Source: an uncultured Armatimonadetes bacterium
GTDB taxonomy: Bacteria > Armatimonadota > Hebobacteria > Hebobacterales > Hebobacteraceae
Length of the DNA stretch: 64,000 nt
Assembly (NCBI GenBank): GCA_963716175.1
Contig: OY970296.1
Location: 2,080,001 to 2,144,000, forward strand
Reading direction: 5' to 3'
Below the pieces are notes generated by a model that did not search any database, was not told the origin of the DNA, and saw only the letters and a list, made by a program, of their open reading frames with translations. Shown here piece after piece: positions 59,628 to 64,000 of this stretch; positions within the stretch are counted from its first letter, which is position 1, and every line of letters begins with the position of its first letter. The translations under genes were made by a program, and so were the position numbers.

Positions 59628-62012
59628 CTACTGCTCGGGCGCGGGCGTGATGGTGAGCCGCGCCCACCGGATGGTGGCCTGGATAACCAGCGCGCCGGTA
59701 TCGGCATTGGGCATCATCGTCTCTTCGTGCACCTGGTTGCGCGGCCCCTCCACCAGCACCACCCGGTGCATGGAGCCGCGGACCAGCCGGTAGGGGCCAT
59801 CCCGGATCTCGATCTCCACATTGGTGAAGTCTCCCCCGTTGACCCCGACCCCCTCCGGCGTGACGTTGGCCTGGGCGCCAATGCCGTTGATCAGCAACTC
59901 GATGCCCTGGGCATCGTACCGGACCACGGAGGTGGTGACGATGCCGCCTTCATCCTGGGTCCGCACATAGATCGGCAGGGGCCGGGCGACGGCCAGGGGA
60001 GCGCCAGGGAAGAGCAGCTCGATCCGCTCGTCTTCCTCGGGATTGGCGGTCCGCGCGGCGCCCAATGGCACCTGATAGAGCTGGTTCGGCGCGCCGTAGA
60101 CGTCAACGCTGGCGGCGCTGCCATCGGGTGACGCCAGGCCGAAGGACCAGTTGGCGTAAGTGGCCGCCCCCACCAGCGGCCAGAGACCCTCGGGCTGTAT
60201 CACCTCCAGGTCCGGCCGCCAGGATAGCAGACGCTGGTGGAAGTCATTGAAGTAGGGGTCGTCCGCGTTCCAGGATTCGTACAGGAAGGTGGGAGTATAG
60301 ACCGCGAAGCCGCGCCCCAGTCCTCTCACCCGGAACCCAGGCCCGTTCTCGCCCACGAATTCCTCCCCCAGGTATTTCCTGACATCGGGTCGGCTCAGGA
60401 ACTGACCCAGGATGTCGGCGAACTTGGCGACATCGGGATCAATCGAGAGCCCGGCCTCGCCCGGTCCCACCGGGATGGCGATGCCAGGCTCCGCGGCCTG
60501 GCCAGGCTCCCCCAGCGAGCCCAACTCGCCAGGCCGGTTCTCCCCCGCGATCTCCGTGTAGCGCATGCCGAGCAGCTCCATCATCACCGGGGGCACACCG
60601 TTCACGGTCCCGTCTGCCTGGTACATGCCAACTCCCGCGTCCACCACTAAGGCCCCGCCGCGCAGCACGAAATCGTTCAATGCCACCTGCGCGGCTTCCG
60701 GCAGATAGAGCGCCATGGGGACGAGGATCGTGCCGTACTGCGATAGATCGGCCTGACCGATGGAGGACAGGGCCAGCACATCCATCTGGCCGTAGCGAGT
60801 GCCCAGCCGGGCCAGTGCGAAAAGGGTGGTGGGCTCGTCGGGAGCAAGGCCGTCGAGGTAGCCGTAGAGACCCTGGCCGTTCCTGGTGGCCCCGCCGGCG
60901 ATCGGCTCATAGACCACGGCGATGCGGGCCAGTGGCTTAGCAGGGAACGCGCCGCTGGCGCGGATGGCGTCAGCGATCTGCCTCACCATGGCGCGCAGGT
61001 CCTCCGACTCCTTCACCACCGACCAGCTGGAGAGGGCCAGGCCGGCCGCGCCGTGGAGCAGGGCCTCGTTCATCCAGTTGGCCGTACGGTTGGCGTCGGA
61101 GTTGCTGTCCACCAGGAAGGTCGGGACAGCGGCGAACTGATTCCCCCGGCGCGCGATGTCCACCGCCTGCACATTGTGAGTCAGCCAGTCCTGCTCCGCC
61201 ACGGTGGGATAAGTGTTCAGGATCAAGCCGTCGAAGTCGGCGCGCACGCTGATGATGGAGCGGTAGTCGGGCAGTGCGGAGGCGAAGACCAAGCGGCCCG
61301 AGTCGGCGCTGTGAAGCGCCTTCGCCCACAGGTCGAGGGCATCAGCATAGGCGTCCTCGCGATACAAGGCAGCGTCAATGCTGGCGCGGCCCAGGCCGCC
61401 CGGGTTCCCGGCGTCAATGTCGCGCGCCCCACTCAGGGTGATGTCGCTCCAGTCGTCGAGGCTTGTCCCCCAGGAGTCATTGAGGCGGGCGAGGGTGCTG
61501 CCGTACCAGTCACGGAGGTAGGCGCGAAACCCATCATCATTCCAGGGGAAGCCATTCGGGGGCACCGCCTCGATGGACCAGCCGACCAGGCCCGGGTGAC
61601 TGCCCAGGCCTGATACGAGCTTACTCACCAAGTCGGTGACGGCCGCGGTATAGGCCTCCGAGGTGGGGTCGGGCGCCATCTGCTGGCCCTCGCTGTCGCG
61701 CAGAGCGTCCGGCGTCACCGCCGCGACCACGGAAAGCCCTCGGGCCTCGGCCTCGGACATCAGCGCCGAGAGCGCCGCGAGCTGCTCCGCGGTGGCGCCG
61801 GAGATCAGCAGATAAGCGGTGTTGAACCCAGCCGCGGCGTAGCCATCCAGGTCGGCCGCTTCTCGCAGCCCGCGCGCCCACATCAGGACCGTGGGCGCAC
61901 CATTCACGCTCACGATGTTGCTTTCCTTGCGGGCTGCCGCCCCGGCCTGCGCGCAGGCCGAGGCGCTGACCACCAGCCAGACCCCAATCAGCAGCCAGCG
62001 TGCCTGTCTCAT
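59628..62012 (-). CDS. Secreted GH42 beta-galactosidase-like protein
   Basis: Signal peptide, AAGFNT, HPGLVGWSI, FRAYLRDWYGSTLARLNDSWGT, and a trimerisation-like ...FVLRGGALVV domain. Confidence 0.6.
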   Translation of the reverse strand: MRQARWLLIGVWLVVSASACAQAGAAARKESNIVSVNGAPTVLMWARGLREAADLDGYAAAGFNTAYLLISGATAEQLAALSALMSEAEARGLSVVAAVTPDALRDSEGQQMAPDPTSEAYTAAVTDLVSKLVSGLGSHPGLVGWSIEAVPPNGFPWNDDGFRAYLRDWYGSTLARLNDSWGTSLDDWSDITLSGARDIDAGNPGGLGRASIDAALYREDAYADALDLWAKALHSADSGRLVFASALPDYRSIISVRADFDGLILNTYPTVAEQDWLTHNVQAVDIARRGNQFAAVPTFLVDSNSDANRTANWMNEALLHGAAGLALSSWSVVKESEDLRAMVRQIADAIRASGAFPAKPLARIAVVYEPIAGGATRNGQGLYGYLDGLAPDEPTTLFALARLGTRYGQMDVLALSSIGQADLSQYGTILVPMALYLPEAAQVALNDFVLRGGALVVDAGVGMYQADGTVNGVPPVMMELLGMRYTEIAGENRPGELGSLGEPGQAAEPGIAIPVGPGEAGLSIDPDVAKFADILGQFLSRPDVRKYLGEEFVGENGPGFRVRGLGRGFAVYTPTFLYESWNADDPYFNDFHQRLLSWRPDLEVIQPEGLWPLVGAATYANWSFGLASPDGSAASVDVYGAPNQLYQVPLGAARTANPEEDERIELLFPGAPLAVARPLPIYVRTQDEGGIVTTSVVRYDAQGIELLINGIGAQANVTPEGVGVNGGDFTNVEIEIRDGPYRLVRGSMHRVVLVEGPRNQVHEETMMPNADTGALVIQATIRWARLTITPAPEQ

Positions 62013-62146
62013 GCTCCTATCCCCTACCACCGATGATCCCGCGGGCCAGAAGTTCGGCGAGGAACCCGCAGGTCCCTCGCCGGCTCATGGCCCGACATCG
62101 CACAATTCTCCGTAAACACAGCCTCCCTGCCCACAACACGCCCTGG

Positions 62147-63253
62147 CTAAACAAGCGCCCGCTCAGTCTCCGGGTCAAAGAGATGCGTCTTGGGCATGTC
62201 GAAGACCACCTCCAGGGGGTGGCCGTCCTTGGCCCCAGTCTCCGCCTTCAAGTCGGCGATCAGCGAATGCGACCCAGCTGTCAGGTAGGCGTTCACTGTG
62301 GACCCCATGGGTTCAGTTACGTCTACGGTAACGGTAGCCGTGTTCTGGCCCGCAACTGCGAGGCCGGCGTCGAGCCCGCGATCGTGGATGTCCTCGGGCC
62401 GCACCCCAAAGATCACCTTCCCGCCGACGCGGCCCTGGACCTTGCCCACGTGCGCAGTCGGCAGCCGCAGCAGGAGGGGTTCAGCCCGGAAGTAGATGCC
62501 GCCATCCCGGCCTTCGAGGGTGCCGGCGACGAAATTCATCGCCGGGCTGCCGATGAAGCCGGCGACGAAGAGATTGGCGGGACGGTTGAAGAGTTCAAGG
62601 GGGGTGTTCACCTGCTGAAGTGCCCCGTTGTTGAGCACCGCGATGCGATCCCCCATGGTCATGGCCTCGACCTGGTCATGGGTCACATAGATGGTGGTGA
62701 TCCCGAGGCGGCGGTGCAGCCGGATGAGCTCGGCCCGGGTCTGCACCCGGAGCTTCGCATCCAGGTTCGAGAGCGGCTCGTCCATCAGGAACACCTTAGG
62801 CTCCCGCACGATCGCTCGCCCCAGGGCCACCCGCTGGCGCTGCCCGCCGGAGAGCTGGCGGGGCTTCCGGTCCAGCAGGCCCAGGAGGCCCAGCATGTCG
62901 GCGGCCTGACGCACCCGGCGTTCGATCTCGGGCCTGGGATAGCGGCGCAGCTTGAGCCCGAAGGCCATGTTGTCGTAGACATTCATGTGCGGGTAGAGGG
63001 CGTAATTCTGGAACACCATGGCGATGTCGCGGTCCTTGGGGGAGACGTCGTTCACCAGCCGGTCGCCGATGTGGATCTCGCCAGAGTCGGCCTCCTCGAG
63101 CCCAGCCAGGCAGCGCAGCACGGTGGTCTTGCCACAGCCGGAGGGCCCTACCAGGACCAGGAACTCCCTGTCCTCCACCTCGAGGGTGAGGTCATCAACC
63201 GCGACCACGGTCTTAAAGCTCTTGGTCAGACTGCGCAACCACACTCGCGCCAT
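62147..63253 (-). CDS. Sugar ABC transporter ATP-binding protein (MsmX/UgpC/MalK family)
   Basis: GPSGCGKT, VFQNYALYPHM, LSGGQRQRVA, MDEPLSNLDAKLR, YVTHDQ. Confidence 0.96.
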   Translation of the reverse strand: MARVWLRSLTKSFKTVVAVDDLTLEVEDREFLVLVGPSGCGKTTVLRCLAGLEEADSGEIHIGDRLVNDVSPKDRDIAMVFQNYALYPHMNVYDNMAFGLKLRRYPRPEIERRVRQAADMLGLLGLLDRKPRQLSGGQRQRVALGRAIVREPKVFLMDEPLSNLDAKLRVQTRAELIRLHRRLGITTIYVTHDQVEAMTMGDRIAVLNNGALQQVNTPLELFNRPANLFVAGFIGSPAMNFVAGTLEGRDGGIYFRAEPLLLRLPTAHVGKVQGRVGGKVIFGVRPEDIHDRGLDAGLAVAGQNTATVTVDVTEPMGSTVNAYLTAGSHSLIADLKAETGAKDGHPLEVVFDMPKTHLFDPETERALV

Positions 63254-63307
63254 GCCGCGCCACCTGTCTCTGCGGTGCCCGGACCCGCCCTTCCCTCACG
63301 GTGGCCG

Positions 63308-63336
63308 ATTATAGCAAAGCCCCACACCGGTGACAA
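63308..63336 (-). promoter_or_regulatory. sigma70 promoter of the ABC ATPase gene
   Basis: Minus strand TTGTCA-17 nt-TATAAT. Confidence 0.65.
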
Positions 63337-63456
63337 GCAGAGGGGTGAATGGAGGCTTTAGCTCGCAATCGCGCTGTGCCGACGGTGATGATGCTTGACA
63401 GACCGAGGTGTTACGGGCGACAGGAGGAACCAGGTAGGAATGCGGAGGTGGCTGAG

Positions 63457-64000
63457 ATGCCCCAGAACCCGGTTGAGCCTCATCTCTTCGTGGTGTTCGG
63501 AGGGTCAGGCGACCTGATGCGCCGGAAGCTCTTCCCGGCCCTCTACCGCCTCACCGTGCACGGAAAGATGAGGGGGCAGCTGTTCCTGCTGGCGGTGGCC
63601 CGAAGAGAGATGGATGATATCGCCTATCAGGCCTGGGCGCGAGAGGCGCTGGCCCAGGCCGGCCTCCCGGTAGACGAGGCCAGCGCGGCCTGGTGCAACA
63701 CCTGTCTCCACTACCATTCCATTCACGAAGGCGCGGCGGATGACTATCGGGGCCTCGCCGCGGCCATCGCCCAGCTCGAGCGCCAACACCACCTGCCCGG
63801 GAACCGCGTCTTCTACCTGGCCTTGCCTCCCGAAGCGCTGCCGGCCGCGGTGACCGGGCTCGGGGAGGCCGGCCTCAACCGGGGCCCAGGCTGGACCCGA
63901 ATAGTGGTGGAGAAGCCCTTCGGCAATGACCTGAAGTCGGCGCAGGAGATCAACGCGTTGATCCGGCGCCACTTCTCGGAGTCCCAGGTCTACCGCATTG
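63457..64000 (+). CDS. zwf: Glucose-6-phosphate 1-dehydrogenase (3' end outside window)
   Basis: VVFGGSGDLMRRKLFPALY, RVFYLALPP, RIVVEKPFGNDL, QVYRI; RBS ggaggtg. Confidence 0.95.
   Translation, partial: MPQNPVEPHLFVVFGGSGDLMRRKLFPALYRLTVHGKMRGQLFLLAVARREMDDIAYQAWAREALAQAGLPVDEASAAWCNTCLHYHSIHEGAADDYRGLAAAIAQLERQHHLPGNRVFYLALPPEALPAAVTGLGEAGLNRGPGWTRIVVEKPFGNDLKSAQEINALIRRHFSESQVYRI

Overview
GC-rich bacterial window. The DUF1559/H-X9-DG pilin-like protein, the SLH-domain beta-propeller protein and the gene style suggest Armatimonadota or a similar phylum (inference). Positions ~1-45 kb are an accessory patchwork around a tRNA-Phe(GAA) gene. It holds a MarR-EmrA-EmrB-USP efflux operon, several glycoside hydrolases (GH10, GH16, CBM4/9+GH), oxidoreductases, galT, cdsA, corA, many truncated genes, two partial XerC/D-like recombinase genes, and a dispersed family of degenerate 110-270 bp elements with TGTCC...GGACA-like ends. 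Positions ~45-64 kb are mostly housekeeping: lactate permease, infC-rpmI-rplT, rimO, ADP-forming acetate-CoA ligase, AcsE-like methyltransferase, panE, an HPS-RraA fusion, gatA-gatC, a sugar ABC ATPase and zwf. Three signals stand out. (1) An identical 19-nt hairpin insertion with a TTC duplication sits at the same catalytic-motif position in two synonymously diverged tyrosine recombinase copies. (2) A locus at 40-45 kb has shuffled Cys-rich modules joined by poly-Gly linkers, a unique C-terminal domain and flanking immunity-like genes, making it a candidate new polymorphic toxin or surface-variation system. (3) The dispersed terminal-repeat element family. Single-base frameshifts occur even in infC, so isolated 1-nt frameshifts are probably assembly errors. 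All calls are by eye; no database searches were run.
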